Shown piece by piece: positions 27,404-38,229 of a stretch of DNA of 64,000 nucleotides. The stretch is taken from positions 1 through 64,000 of IMG/VR virus record IMGVR_UViG_3300030419_004471; one strand, 5' to 3'. Position numbers and translations under genes: made by a program. Below the pieces are notes generated by a model. That model saw only the letters and a program-made list of their open reading frames with translations. It did no database searches and was not told where the DNA came from. Each line of letters begins with the position of its first letter. Within the stretch, counting starts at the first letter, position 1.

Positions 27404-30400
27404 TCAGAACCGCTTATTTGATTTTCTAATTCTGTTACCTTTGTAGATAACTCTTGTATTGCTTTAATCATTGGTGCAATCATTTCATTATATCTTAATC
27501 CTAAGTGAGTATCTACCACTGTAAAGTTATTTATATTCCAACCCTGTGCCTCTATTTCTCTCTTATCACCAATAGCACTACCACTTTGATATATTACATT
27601 TTTAATGTATCCAGCAAAGTTATCTGTATGTACAGAGGATGATGCCAAAGATTCGGATACTTGTTGAGCGGTTAAACCATAATGAGTTCTACTACCCGTT
27701 ATAAAATTATATTTTATTGGGTTAAGGTTATTAATAAATTCTAAACCTAAATCAGAACCACTAATATTTTCTTTTTGATTTTTATCAGATGTTTGAATTG
27801 TTCCATTTGTTGCATAAACATCATCCCATCTTCTACCACTAGTACCTAAATCATCAGAATCATCAGTTGCTGGGAAAAAATAACTGGAGTTTGTTCCATA
27901 TCCTTGATTTGTAATAAAGGGACTTCCTACCTCTCTTATATTATCAAAAGAAGCTGATTGGAAATCTCCAAAGTTTGCCGTTAAATCAGCAGTATTACCG
28001 TCCACACCATCAATTTCAACTTTACCTCCTTTAACTTTTAAAAGGGTTGGTTGAGTTCCAAATCCTGTATCCAATCTTGAAACTTGAACATATGTATTTG
28101 AATCAGTTAAAAGTTGTAATCCCTTTGAAGTTAATTCAACAACATTTGATGGAATTACAATAGTTGCATCTGCCATTACAGAAGTACCACTATAAGCCGA
28201 ATATGCAAATTGGTCTGCTGTATAATTAAACGTTTGGTTTCCAGATGAATCTGTTGTTCTATTATAACCAGAATACACTCCTACTCTAGTTTCATATCTA
28301 AACTTATAAGTTCCTGCTTTAAGATATATTGATTTAGATAATTCAGCTGCATTACCACTATAGTTTGTAGTAGAAGCATTGGTAGTAGTTCCTGAATTGT
28401 AATCCCATGCTAAAGTACCACCTCCTATATCCACAGCCACATAATATGGTGAACTTGTGTAATCTCCTTTATGGTATACTGTTTTAAGAAGTACTCTAGT
28501 TTGAGTTCCTGCATTATCTCCTGTTATACCATCTGCAACAAAATATGTGTATAAATAAAACATAATTGGTTGTGAGTTATTTGACCAAGGATGTTGTTGT
28601 CCTACAAATGATGGATTATAGTTTGGATATGCAGTAGTACCAGCACTTATAGCAGCTGGTTCAGATAATGTTACTGTATGCGCTTGGCGTGCTTGTAATT
28701 CATAAGTACCATCTTGGTCTATTGTGTATGTAGATGTTGTATTTGTTTCGTTAATATATGGACCAAATTGACCACTAGCATTACTTCCAGAAGATGTTGG
28801 TAATGAACCCGATGCTGATAAACTAGCCATTGTATAATCTATACCTGAAATTGATAGATTTCCTCCAGTTGTACTTGACCACTCGGAGGCTGGTTTTAAT
28901 CTTAATTTTGTATCAAGAGTAGTAGAACCAGATTTAAATAACATTTCAGGAGTTGCAGGGTCTAATATTAAACTTGATGAAGCTGCTAATTGTGCACTTT
29001 GTAATGCACCACCCGAACCAGATTCTATTACATGCCACAATCCTACAATACCATCATCAACTGATATTGAACCAGAGATGGTTGCATCTTGAGCTGTCAT
29101 ATTACCATTCTCATCTACACTAAATTTTGGATTGTTTGCATCTGGAATATTAAGTGTACTACCAGCTATAGTTCCACCTTCTATAGATGAACCACTTACC
29201 CTACCGTGTACTAATAAAGAAGATGAACCTGCATTCCATCTTAAAAATCCATCAGTACCATTTAATTCAAAATCACCACTAGATGACATATATGTTTGCC
29301 ACGCCGATGCACTAAAGAATCCTAAATTACTTGCTCCTAAAAATAACCCATCACCATCTGAAGATGATGGTGTTATTGGTTTGTTAAGTTTACCCGAAGA
29401 ACCACTAATTGTAGGTACAGATGATGCTGTAAAATTATTAAGTGGTGTTAAATCAACATCTTCAGAACCATTGGTTAAAACAATAGCTCCTCCAATTTGT
29501 AATGTTTGTCCATCCCATCTAAGATAGTTAGAAGAATTACTACCAGTTAAGAAAAATTGGCCTGCGTTATCCATATAACTATTCCATTTAGATGCACTAT
29601 AAAATCCTAAATTAGTAGAACCTAAATATAATCCATTACTTGAGGGTGCTGGTGCTTTTGTAATAAGACCTGTTGATGGGTCTACTGAACCACTAGCCGA
29701 TGCCGATAAAGCCGCATTAGCTGCAAATGCCGAACCACTCAATACTGAATTATTTCCAGCGAGTGTAGCAGCTGCTGAACCACTTAATACCGCATTATCA
29801 TTTCCAGTTAAAGCTACTGAAGCTGATACTGAACCTGTAAGAGCTGCATTCAATACCCCTGTTTGTAATGAAGCTGTCTCAGCTTGTAATGATGCGGTCT
29901 CAGCCATTAATGATGAGGTAGCTAATTGTAATGATGCGGTCTCAGCTTGTAATGAAGCTGTCTCAGCCATTAATGATGAGGTAGCTAATCGTAAAGATGC
30001 AGTTTCTGCATTTAGTCGGGCTGTTGTACCTTCAAGCGATGCGGTAGATACCGATAATTGTGTTGTTTGGGTTTCCAACGATGCCGTAGCTGCTTCTAAT
30101 GATGCCGTAGCTACTGATAATTGTGTTGTTTGAGTGTCAACCGATGAACTAAATGTAGCTGGATTACCAAGACCTGTAATAGTTGAAATTGTCGATGTAC
30201 CAATTGAAGTCGTTGTAATATTTACAACTCCACCTGCATCTACACTTAATACATCACCAGCATCAGCTACACCCGATGCTGATACCAATACTGCTGTTTC
30301 TAAAATTCTTGATTGATTACCTTTTGTAAATGGTACACTTTGTTCTACTTTGATTGGAATGAAGTTATTATTAATATCATAAAACTCTACTCTAAAATCA

Positions 30401-31986
30401 AATTGTTCTGTTGGGTTTTTTCTTGGTATATCTACAATAGCTGTATATTCATCAGGTGAATACGAAGATTCTTCTGCATTCTTTAATGATAATCTATTAA
30501 AGTAAAATTGTCCTCCACCATTTGTTGTATTTGCTTCCGCTCTAATTTGTGTTTTACCAGTAATATCTGAAAAGAAGTTCTTTGTAGTTTTCTGAATATT
30601 ACCCAATCCATTAGAATTTCTATCATATGAACCACTAACTAAATCTAATGATTGTGTTGTAACAGTACAATTAGTGGTATTGTTGGATGAAGTTACAATT
30701 AAGAATCTTAAACTATCTCCAGCTACAGAAGCTCCTGAACCAGAGTATCTAGCGGAATATGAAAATTGATATTCTGAACCACTTACTACTTCAAACTCTC
30801 CAATAGTACCAGCTGATTCAACACTATGTGAACCACTAACCAATAAAGAGTTTATTAAATGTTCATTATGTATTTGTACACCTGATGATGTTGTATAATA
30901 AACATCTCCTACATCTGATACTATATTTTCTTTTCTTAGTTTACCATAATTAATTACTGTTCTATTGTCTACGGTAAAATCTCTTAGTAATTCTGTTGAA
31001 TCTAATTTGTTTTCTTGTACAACTTGGAAATCTCCTAAATCGTTTCTTGATTTTCTAAATATTTTTATTCTAGCTACATCACCAGTAAATGTGGCTAAGT
31101 TCTCTAATCGTATTTCTGCATATGATGCGACAACATTTGAACCAGTATTTACAGTTGCATCTTCAACCGATTCAAATTCCATTGAATAAGATGTTGCATT
31201 AAATTCATTTACTATATTGTTTACTAAATAAGGCCTTTTAACTAACATTTCATCTTCATTTAGTACTTCTAATACGGAAGATGAATATCCTATACTATCA
31301 ACAATCAACGTTGTGTTTTCATCCATTGATTGTGTAAACTTATTTCCTTCTTGTAGTTTAATTAAATATGAAGATGGTGCAGTCCAATTACTAAAATCAG
31401 AACCAGTATCAGGAGTATTTGCAATACCAATAACTGAACCTGATTTATTTAAAGTCATATTAGATTTAATCAATAAAGATTTTTCTATTTCTGTAACAGA
31501 AAATGTTGGTCTTTTAAAAAATCTAACTTGTGTGGAATTTGGTATCTTTGGATTTACTTTGAAGTTTTGTGTCCAACGAATGTTAGGCCTACCTCTGTAT
31601 TCATTAGGTACTTTCTTAACCTGTCCTTTATCATCTAAACAAGTTTCTAATTCACCTACAATTGAAATACTACCAACACCAATTGGAGTATCATCATATA
31701 TATGTACAGATAGTACTGTGGAATTACCATCTCTAAAAGTTTTTCCATATTTTTTTCCTGGCTCTACATAAATTGTATTTCCTTGAACATCTAATATTTC
31801 AAATAATACCTTAGAACCTTTTTTTAAAAAAGTACTTCCTTCAAATAAAAAGGCATTTTTTCCTCCAGTAAAAGTTTTTGGAAATTCTGTTATATTGAAA
31901 TAAGGTGAGTCTGGATTTTTATCTTCTATAAAAACATCCAGATTTTTCAGACCTAATTTGGGTGAATATTTTTTTACTATTGCCAT
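27400..31986 (-). CDS. Tail fibre protein with coiled-coil repeats and C-terminal S74 intramolecular chaperone
   Basis: LGTSGRRWDDVYA...IQTSDKNQKENI...YGLTAQQV...LRYNEMIAPMIKAIQEL; Ser/Thr/Gly-rich. Confidence 0.9.
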   Translation of the reverse strand: MAIVKKYSPKLGLKNLDVFIEDKNPDSPYFNITEFPKTFTGGKNAFLFEGSTFLKKGSKVLFEILDVQGNTIYVEPGKKYGKTFRDGNSTVLSVHIYDDTPIGVGSISIVGELETCLDDKGQVKKVPNEYRGRPNIRWTQNFKVNPKIPNSTQVRFFKRPTFSVTEIEKSLLIKSNMTLNKSGSVIGIANTPDTGSDFSNWTAPSSYLIKLQEGNKFTQSMDENTTLIVDSIGYSSSVLEVLNEDEMLVKRPYLVNNIVNEFNATSYSMEFESVEDATVNTGSNVVASYAEIRLENLATFTGDVARIKIFRKSRNDLGDFQVVQENKLDSTELLRDFTVDNRTVINYGKLRKENIVSDVGDVYYTTSSGVQIHNEHLINSLLVSGSHSVESAGTIGEFEVVSGSEYQFSYSARYSGSGASVAGDSLRFLIVTSSNNTTNCTVTTQSLDLVSGSYDRNSNGLGNIQKTTKNFFSDITGKTQIRAEANTTNGGGQFYFNRLSLKNAEESSYSPDEYTAIVDIPRKNPTEQFDFRVEFYDINNNFIPIKVEQSVPFTKGNQSRILETAVLVSASGVADAGDVLSVDAGGVVNITTTSIGTSTISTITGLGNPATFSSSVDTQTTQLSVATASLEAATASLETQTTQLSVSTASLEGTTARLNAETASLRLATSSLMAETASLQAETASLQLATSSLMAETASLQAETASLQTGVLNAALTGSVSASVALTGNDNAVLSGSAAATLAGNNSVLSGSAFAANAALSASASGSVDPSTGLITKAPAPSSNGLYLGSTNLGFYSASKWNSYMDNAGQFFLTGSNSSNYLRWDGQTLQIGGAIVLTNGSEDVDLTPLNNFTASSVPTISGSSGKLNKPITPSSSDGDGLFLGASNLGFFSASAWQTYMSSSGDFELNGTDGFLRWNAGSSSLLVHGRVSGSSIEGGTIAGSTLNIPDANNPKFSVDENGNMTAQDATISGSISVDDGIVGLWHVIESGSGGALQSAQLAASSSLILDPATPEMLFKSGSTTLDTKLRLKPASEWSSTTGGNLSISGIDYTMASLSASGSLPTSSGSNASGQFGPYINETNTTSTYTIDQDGTYELQARQAHTVTLSEPAAISAGTTAYPNYNPSFVGQQHPWSNNSQPIMFYLYTYFVADGITGDNAGTQTRVLLKTVYHKGDYTSSPYYVAVDIGGGTLAWDYNSGTTTNASTTNYSGNAAELSKSIYLKAGTYKFRYETRVGVYSGYNRTTDSSGNQTFNYTADQFAYSAYSGTSVMADATIVIPSNVVELTSKGLQLLTDSNTYVQVSRLDTGFGTQPTLLKVKGGKVEIDGVDGNTADLTANFGDFQSASFDNIREVGSPFITNQGYGTNSSYFFPATDDSDDLGTSGRRWDDVYATNGTIQTSDKNQKENISGSDLGLEFINNLNPIKYNFITGSRTHYGLTAQQVSESLASSSVHTDNFAGYIKNVIYQSGSAIGDKREIEAQGWNINNFTVVDTHLGLRYNEMIAPMIKAIQELSTKVTELENQISGSE
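29863..30133. repeat. Intragenic 21-nt (heptad) tandem repeats including a near-perfect 63-nt duplication
   Basis: Units such as ttgtaatga(a/t)gc(t/g)gtctcagc encode (AETASLQ/LATSSLM)n. Confidence 0.85.
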
Positions 31987-31989
31987 ACA

Positions 31990-31998
31990 TATAAATAT
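31990..31998 (-). promoter_or_regulatory. Putative late promoter motif ATATTTATA
   Basis: Only 3 nt upstream of the tail fibre ATG. Confidence 0.7.
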
Positions 31999-32013
31999 GT
32001 AAAAGTAGAATTG

Positions 32014-32835
32014 TTATGAAATAACTGCCCTACCTTTCATATCTAACCAATCTTTGTTACTCCTAACCTCTTCATTTGTTTTTCTTGCAGCCCATAAAAC
32101 ATTGTTTACGGCTCTAAGGTTAATAGCAACATCTATTATAGCTGATAAATCTTTTGGGAAACAATGTCCACCGAATCCAAAATCACCATCTGGTCCCGGT
32201 ACATTCCAATGTGATTTTCCTAATCGTTCATCATCTAATGCGTATTCAATAACTTTATCATAATCTGCCCCAGATTCCTTACATATCTGATACATTTCGT
32301 TAGCAAACGATACTTTTACAGATAAAAATGCATTTGTTAAGTATTTTACTAACTCTGCGGTGGTTGAATCTGTTTTAATTATTTTTGCAGTTGGAAATAC
32401 TTTTGAAAATATTGTTTTTAATTCTGTTGTTGCTGGTATTGGTCCTCCCAATATAATTCTTTTTTGATTTGAGTAATCACTTACTGCGTTTCTTTCTGTT
32501 AGAAACTCTGGATTAAAAACAATTTGTATATTTTCAAATTGAGTTTGCCATCTTGCTACTGTATTTGGTGGTACAGTCGATTTAATAACTACAATTCTAT
32601 TTGTTCCGATTGTATTTAATAATTCTAATTCTTTTTCTACAATATTCGTATGACAACTCCCATCAGCATTCATCGGAGTTGGTAAACATAAAAATACAAC
32701 TTCTTGTCGTTGTACTATTCTCTTTTTAGAGTTACTTAAATTTTTATCTTTATCGTATGTTAGTACTCTAAAAAAATCTCTAAATTTTTCGTGGACTGCG
32801 TTACCAACAAATCCTTGTCCTATAATTCCTATCAT
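32014..32835 (-). CDS. UDP-glucose/GDP-mannose dehydrogenase family protein (short form)
   Basis: GQGFVG, CLPTP, IKSTVPP, NPEFL, AELVKY, GFGGHCFPKD. Confidence 0.9.
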   Translation of the reverse strand: MIGIIGQGFVGNAVHEKFRDFFRVLTYDKDKNLSNSKKRIVQRQEVVFLCLPTPMNADGSCHTNIVEKELELLNTIGTNRIVVIKSTVPPNTVARWQTQFENIQIVFNPEFLTERNAVSDYSNQKRIILGGPIPATTELKTIFSKVFPTAKIIKTDSTTAELVKYLTNAFLSVKVSFANEMYQICKESGADYDKVIEYALDDERLGKSHWNVPGPDGDFGFGGHCFPKDLSAIIDVAINLRAVNNVLWAARKTNEEVRSNKDWLDMKGRAVIS

Positions 32836-33209
32836 TTTATAATTCTATTTATCCAGTTATATCTTTTTCTCATTTTTAAATACATTAAATCTTTATCATT
32901 ATCATAAGCTTCTCTTTCAAATGAAATATTGTAATATGCTTTTGCTCCATAAAAAGGTAATTTTAATATCCACTCCAAAACATATAAAATATAAAATGGA
33001 ATTACTCCTAATTCTAATGCTTGTTGAAAATGAATTGTTTCGTGATTTATAGTTTCAATACCTCTTTGTTTCCAAAAATCATTACCATCTCTATATTTTT
33101 CTCTTAAAATAATAAATGGAAAAAGAGATATTCCGCCTATCCTCATAAACAAGCCTATAGTATCTAAAAACTTATCGTTGTATTTTATAAATGGTTTCCA
33201 ATTTTTCAT
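32832..33209 (-). CDS. Small HExxH metallopeptidase-like membrane-associated protein
   Basis: INHETIH, hydrophobic segment, ISFEREAY. Confidence 0.6.
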   Translation of the reverse strand: MKNWKPFIKYNDKFLDTIGLFMRIGGISLFPFIILREKYRDGNDFWKQRGIETINHETIHFQQALELGVIPFYILYVLEWILKLPFYGAKAYYNISFEREAYDNDKDLMYLKMRKRYNWINRIIK

Positions 33210-34096
33210 AATTGTTCTTTTAAATAATCAAATAGTGTTTTTGTTATTTTTGTTTTGGGGTGGAATTTGCTATTGAGATGATATCTTCTATCATGCCCTA
33301 ATCTATCTTCAACAAATTCATACTTAGGTTCTTTACCTAATATATATCCTATCTCATTTATGATATCAATATTTTGAAGAGTATCCCCACTACTAATGTT
33401 ATAAATTCCAGTATCATCACTTAACATTAATTTTAATATTTGTTTAACATTATCCTCTACCCAAATCCATTCTCTTATTTGTTTTCCATCTCCATATATT
33501 GGAATGTTATTATCTTCTTTTATACTATTAATTATAGTTGGTATAAACTTTTCTTTATTCTGTCTGATTCCAAAGTTGTTACAAGTACGAGTAATTAAAT
33601 AAGGTAACCCGAATGTATGATTACAACTATAAACCAACATATCTGCTGCTGCTTTAGTTGCTGAATAATAAGAAGATGGATATAAAGTATCGTTTTCAAA
33701 AGATGGGCCGTATCCATTATGTCCTTCATCTAAATCTCCATAAACTTCATCTGTAGATATTTGTACAAACTTTTTTAATTTTTTATTTTTTCTAGCTAAC
33801 TCTAATAAATTATATGTTCCTTCTATATTTGATTTAACAAATGGCTTACCATCTTTAATAGAATTATCTACGTGTGATTCTGCAGCAAAATTTACTAAAT
33901 AATCATATTCACCCAAATCCTCTTCAGTTAAATCACAAATATCGGATACTAATAATTCGGTATCCATTGGTAACCAATCTTCATTTGCGGCGTAAGTTAT
34001 TTTATCTACAACCAATACTTCGTGTTGTAGGTTCTTACATAAATCTACGAAAGATGAACCGATAAATCCTAATCCTCCCGTTACTACTATTCTCAT
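33206..34096 (-). CDS. rmlB: dTDP-glucose 4,6-dehydratase
   Basis: TGGLGFIGS, FAAESHVDNSI, ISTDEVYG, YSATKA, DRLGHDRRY. Confidence 0.92.
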   Translation of the reverse strand: MRIVVTGGLGFIGSSFVDLCKNLQHEVLVVDKITYAANEDWLPMDTELLVSDICDLTEEDLGEYDYLVNFAAESHVDNSIKDGKPFVKSNIEGTYNLLELARKNKKLKKFVQISTDEVYGDLDEGHNGYGPSFENDTLYPSSYYSATKAAADMLVYSCNHTFGLPYLITRTCNNFGIRQNKEKFIPTIINSIKEDNNIPIYGDGKQIREWIWVEDNVKQILKLMLSDDTGIYNISSGDTLQNIDIINEIGYILGKEPKYEFVEDRLGHDRRYHLNSKFHPKTKITKTLFDYLKEQL

Positions 34097-34097
34097 A

Positions 34098-37000
34098 TTA
34101 ATATTTTATATTACTAAATCCGTTTACTTTTTTAATTTCAACCAAACTATCTACAACATCTCTCATTGAATCTATGTGTGATATAATCATAACAAAATCA
34201 AATTGAGTTTTTAAATATGCGAACAACATATAAAGAGATGTTAGGTTTTCATTATCCAATGTACCAAATCCTTCATCAATTACTAAGAAGTTAGGTCTTG
34301 GAAGATTACATACGTTGATTAGAGCAATTCTAATTGCTAATCCTGATATGAATCGTTCCATACCACTACACATCTCTAATCCCCACCTCTGGTCATCATA
34401 AACGATAAATGCGTTAACATTCTTACCATCCATCTCTAACTGCATTCCAAAGTCAACAATCTGTCCTAATATATTATTTACTTCACCTTCAATCATTGGT
34501 AGTGCTTTTTGTATCAATTCATATGATACACCATCTCTACCTAATGAATTAAGATAGTATTCAAAGAGATTATGTGTTTCTTCTAAATCTTTAACTTCTT
34601 GTATCCTATCTTCAATTGTTTCTTTTTGATTTTGAAGAGCTGATATCTTTCCATTCATTTTTAAAACATCAGAGTTTATCTTTTTTAACTTTTGTTTAAC
34701 ATTATTCAATGTTTCTCTAACCGAACTTATATTTGCTCTTATTTCTTTATTCTTTTTAATTTGTTTTTCATTTGAATAATATTCTTCAATAAGAGTTTCT
34801 TGTGTAGTTAATTGAGTAGAAATCTTTAATTCTTCAGTTTCGGTTGTTGATAACCTGTTCATAAGTTGAGATATCTCTCTATCTATCTTATCTTCCTTTT
34901 GTTTAGCTTCTTCATAGTTCTTCCACTCTTTTTCATATCCCTTTAAAGATTTTATCTTAACATCGGTATCTGCGTAATCTTTGTTAAGCTTTGATAAGAT
35001 TTCTTCACCGCCTTTAATATTCTCCCCAACCGTACCTTTTTGTTCTAATATAGTTTGGGAGTTTTCCATACAAACATCACACTCTTCATTGTATTTATGA
35101 GAATCTAAATGTTCTTTTCTTTCATACAGAGAATCTAATTTAATTTTAATTTTATCTCTTTCAGATTCTATACCAGACAATTTGATTTTTTGCTCATTTA
35201 ACTCAGCTATACTATTTTCTAATACTTCTTCATCAAATTTATCTAATATTTCATCTAAGGTTATCTGTAGTTCTTCTCGGTGGGTAATTCTATCTTGAAT
35301 TGAATCTTTTTGTTTCTTTAACTCATCATTCTTCTTTTGTAATATATTTCTTCTCTTTTCCAACTCCTCAACCGATACACCACTATCCGCATTTAACTTT
35401 ACAATTTTTTCATTAAGGGATATAATCTTTTTATTTAATTTTTCCTCTTCATCCTTTGTATTCGTTTGTGAACTCTCCAATAATTTGTATTCATCCTTAT
35501 TCAATTTTAATTCGTTTTCGATTTGAGCCAATCGAGTCGTAAAATCGTCAGACTTGAATTTTCTGATTAGTGATGCGTTGTCTCTGTTTTCATCCCATGC
35601 AAATCCATATAGTTTATCAAAGATATCTACTCCCATAAATTGAGCTAATATCTCTTTTCTCTCACTTTGTGATTTATCAATGAATAAAGCATTATCTCCT
35701 TGAAGTGAAAGAGCAGTTAATACAAAATCTTCATACTTACCCAAATATTGAATAATGTTCTTATTCGTATCCTTTCTTTGCTCACCATTAAGTGATTCTC
35801 TTTCTCCTCCATTATCTCTCCAAAAATCAACATCTACTTTTAGATTCTTTCCGTGATTGATTAATCGTGCTCTTCTTTCAATGTAGTAATTTACATCTTC
35901 TATTTGGAAATGTAATTTACACATAAAGTTTTTTCTTCTATTGTTAAGAATGTTCTTAGCAATATATGTTCTACTTGTTTTATCATAGATACAAAATGAT
36001 AGAGCATCGAATAAAGCAGATTTACCACTAGCGTTTGGAGCGAAGATACCAACGATACCATTTGTTTTGGTAAAGTCAATACTATTATCTTCACCATATG
36101 AAAACATATTAGTAAATTCAAATGATTGTGGTATCCATTGTATATTAGGAGTTACATCATCATCTGTAAGTTTAGTATTTATATCTCTATTGATTTGTTG
36201 TATCTTATCTATTGTAGCATCATCTGCTAAGTATTGTCTCTCTAAGTAATCTTTTATGAGTTCATTCTGAAACTCTACATCTCTTACATTACCGATTGCC
36301 AAATTGGTATCGAAATCACCAATTTTCTTTTTAGTTAATGTATCCATTCGAGTTACAGTAAACTCTTGTACTTTATATTTCTTTTTGATTTGAGTTATTG
36401 CCCTTTTGATTTGAGATGGGTCAGTATTTGATATCCTTACTCTTAATCGAGGTTTCTTTGGCATATCAGTTACATTAGGTACTACTCCATTATCTACATC
36501 TAACGTATAGAATCCATAATCATTAGATATATTAAATTCTTCAAATGTACGAGTAGGTACATCCCATAGTAGATATCCGTGCTTCTCTAATGATTCTCCG
36601 TGATTCTGTTGAATCATTGAACCAGCATATGCTATATGATTTCCTCCAATAGTTTGTCTTTTATGAATATCCCCTAATAGAGCCATATCAAACCCATCAA
36701 ACATATCAGAAGTAAATGAGTTAGATGATACAGTATATCCTACATCAGTTTCAGAATCATTTACCGGTCCGTGAAATAAACAGATTGTATTTTCCCCCTC
36801 AACCGTTTTACCATCAGGCCAATTTCGCTTATTATCCATAATAGAATAGACAACGAAAGTAAGGTTGTGAATAGGATAAATGCCAGTATCACGAAGGTAA
36901 TGGATACGAGGATTATTAAGATTTTCGATAATTGGTGTGAGTACATCTAGTCTGTAGTTATTGTTTAAGTTACAATCGTGGTTACCAGTAATAAGTACTA

Positions 37001-37241
37001 CTTCTCTAAGTTTAGAACATTCTGTTAAGAACCAACTTATTTCTTGTACTAATTCAGGTGACATTTCTGTTTTAGCGTGTGCTATATCACCAGCAATATA
37101 AATGATAGAATCTTCTATCTTATCTTTCTTTACTTGTTTTAAAAATTTGTTGAATACTTCTCTGTATTCTTTGTGTCTCTTCAGATTTCTAATATGTAAA
37201 TCTGCTAAGTGATAAATTTTGTTAATTGTTTTATCCGCCAT
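34098..37241 (-). CDS. Fused Mre11/SbcD (gp47) nuclease and Rad50/SbcC (gp46) ATPase
   Basis: LADLH, AGD, GNHD, LGDIH phosphoesterase motifs; APNASGKS Walker A, coiled coil with CDVC hook, CSGME signature, IDEGFGTLD Walker B, ISH. Confidence 0.93.
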   Translation of the reverse strand: MADKTINKIYHLADLHIRNLKRHKEYREVFNKFLKQVKKDKIEDSIIYIAGDIAHAKTEMSPELVQEISWFLTECSKLREVVLITGNHDCNLNNNYRLDVLTPIIENLNNPRIHYLRDTGIYPIHNLTFVVYSIMDNKRNWPDGKTVEGENTICLFHGPVNDSETDVGYTVSSNSFTSDMFDGFDMALLGDIHKRQTIGGNHIAYAGSMIQQNHGESLEKHGYLLWDVPTRTFEEFNISNDYGFYTLDVDNGVVPNVTDMPKKPRLRVRISNTDPSQIKRAITQIKKKYKVQEFTVTRMDTLTKKKIGDFDTNLAIGNVRDVEFQNELIKDYLERQYLADDATIDKIQQINRDINTKLTDDDVTPNIQWIPQSFEFTNMFSYGEDNSIDFTKTNGIVGIFAPNASGKSALFDALSFCIYDKTSRTYIAKNILNNRRKNFMCKLHFQIEDVNYYIERRARLINHGKNLKVDVDFWRDNGGERESLNGEQRKDTNKNIIQYLGKYEDFVLTALSLQGDNALFIDKSQSERKEILAQFMGVDIFDKLYGFAWDENRDNASLIRKFKSDDFTTRLAQIENELKLNKDEYKLLESSQTNTKDEEEKLNKKIISLNEKIVKLNADSGVSVEELEKRRNILQKKNDELKKQKDSIQDRITHREELQITLDEILDKFDEEVLENSIAELNEQKIKLSGIESERDKIKIKLDSLYERKEHLDSHKYNEECDVCMENSQTILEQKGTVGENIKGGEEILSKLNKDYADTDVKIKSLKGYEKEWKNYEEAKQKEDKIDREISQLMNRLSTTETEELKISTQLTTQETLIEEYYSNEKQIKKNKEIRANISSVRETLNNVKQKLKKINSDVLKMNGKISALQNQKETIEDRIQEVKDLEETHNLFEYYLNSLGRDGVSYELIQKALPMIEGEVNNILGQIVDFGMQLEMDGKNVNAFIVYDDQRWGLEMCSGMERFISGLAIRIALINVCNLPRPNFLVIDEGFGTLDNENLTSLYMLFAYLKTQFDFVMIISHIDSMRDVVDSLVEIKKVNGFSNIKY

Positions 37242-38229
37242 ATAATTCTTTTAATATGTTTTTAAGTTTCTTTTTTTGATTTTTTAAAAAAAGTTTTAAC
37301 ATCTTATAATTGTGATTAGAAATATCCGAATATTGATATGCCCAATGTTGAGCCTCATCTCGTGATAATTCACAAATCTTTTTACAAATTTCCATTTGTT
37401 GTGTTCTATGATTTAATCCAAAATAATTTGGAAATATAAATCCATGCTTTTCAAGATAATCGAATGCTTCATTTTGCATTACATTTACCGATGGTCTTTT
37501 GTACATAAATGATTTTAATGTTTTTTCTGTACAACTAATTAGTTTTGGTGTTCCTCCAAAAGTTGAACACCTTGTCTCAACATCTAATGATGCTATACTC
37601 ATAAAATCTTCCTTTGGAAGTCTATATGATTTGAAATCTCCTTTAGCTCCTATTTCAGATTTAAAAGAAACAGAAGGTATATCACTAACACCATATCCTA
37701 TATTATTTATACTAAATACAAATCTATCATAATTTTTTAAAGCTTCATAATATGGTATCTTATCTCCATTAGGTCTACCAAATTTTGAGATTAGATTATA
37801 GTGTGGAGTTTCCTTTTTAAAATCATAATAATCTAAGTATAATTCTGTTATATCACTAAATGCCCCAACAGTTGTAAATGATTTGGATTTTAAGTTAAAT
37901 GGAGATTCATCAGAAAAGAAGTTAAATATAATATGAACATTATCATCTAATAAATCATTTATAGGTTCATCAGTATTACATTCATCCCAATAAATTTCAG
38001 ACATATATAGAATTACTTTTTCATATCTTTTTGATAATCTCTGTTCTTTTATTAATCTTAATGCGTTTAAAACTTTTTCATTTGATTCAATAAATAAAAC
38101 ATATGGATTATCAAAACTTTTTAATTCTTTAATTAATGTTCTGTATCGTTTGTCTCTCTCAAAAAATATTGTATCAATATTTGTTGGCTGTATTAACTTT
38201 ATTTCGCCTGCTCTATGTCTTGCTATCAT
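37231..38229 (-). CDS. Hypothetical protein, divergent GT10-like
   Basis: VET...TEKTLKS...RP...GF pattern resembling the SEK..KP paralogues. Confidence 0.45.
   Translation of the reverse strand: MIARHRAGEIKLIQPTNIDTIFFERDKRYRTLIKELKSFDNPYVLFIESNEKVLNALRLIKEQRLSKRYEKVILYMSEIYWDECNTDEPINDLLDDNVHIIFNFFSDESPFNLKSKSFTTVGAFSDITELYLDYYDFKKETPHYNLISKFGRPNGDKIPYYEALKNYDRFVFSINNIGYGVSDIPSVSFKSEIGAKGDFKSYRLPKEDFMSIASLDVETRCSTFGGTPKLISCTEKTLKSFMYKRPSVNVMQNEAFDYLEKHGFIFPNYFGLNHRTQQMEICKKICELSRDEAQHWAYQYSDISNHNYKMLKLFLKNQKKKLKNILKELYGG

Noticed and set aside
29863-30133. Tandem repeats as a CRISPR array or DGR repeat
   Set aside because: In-frame 21-nt coding units with no unique spacers; no cas or reverse transcriptase gene in the window
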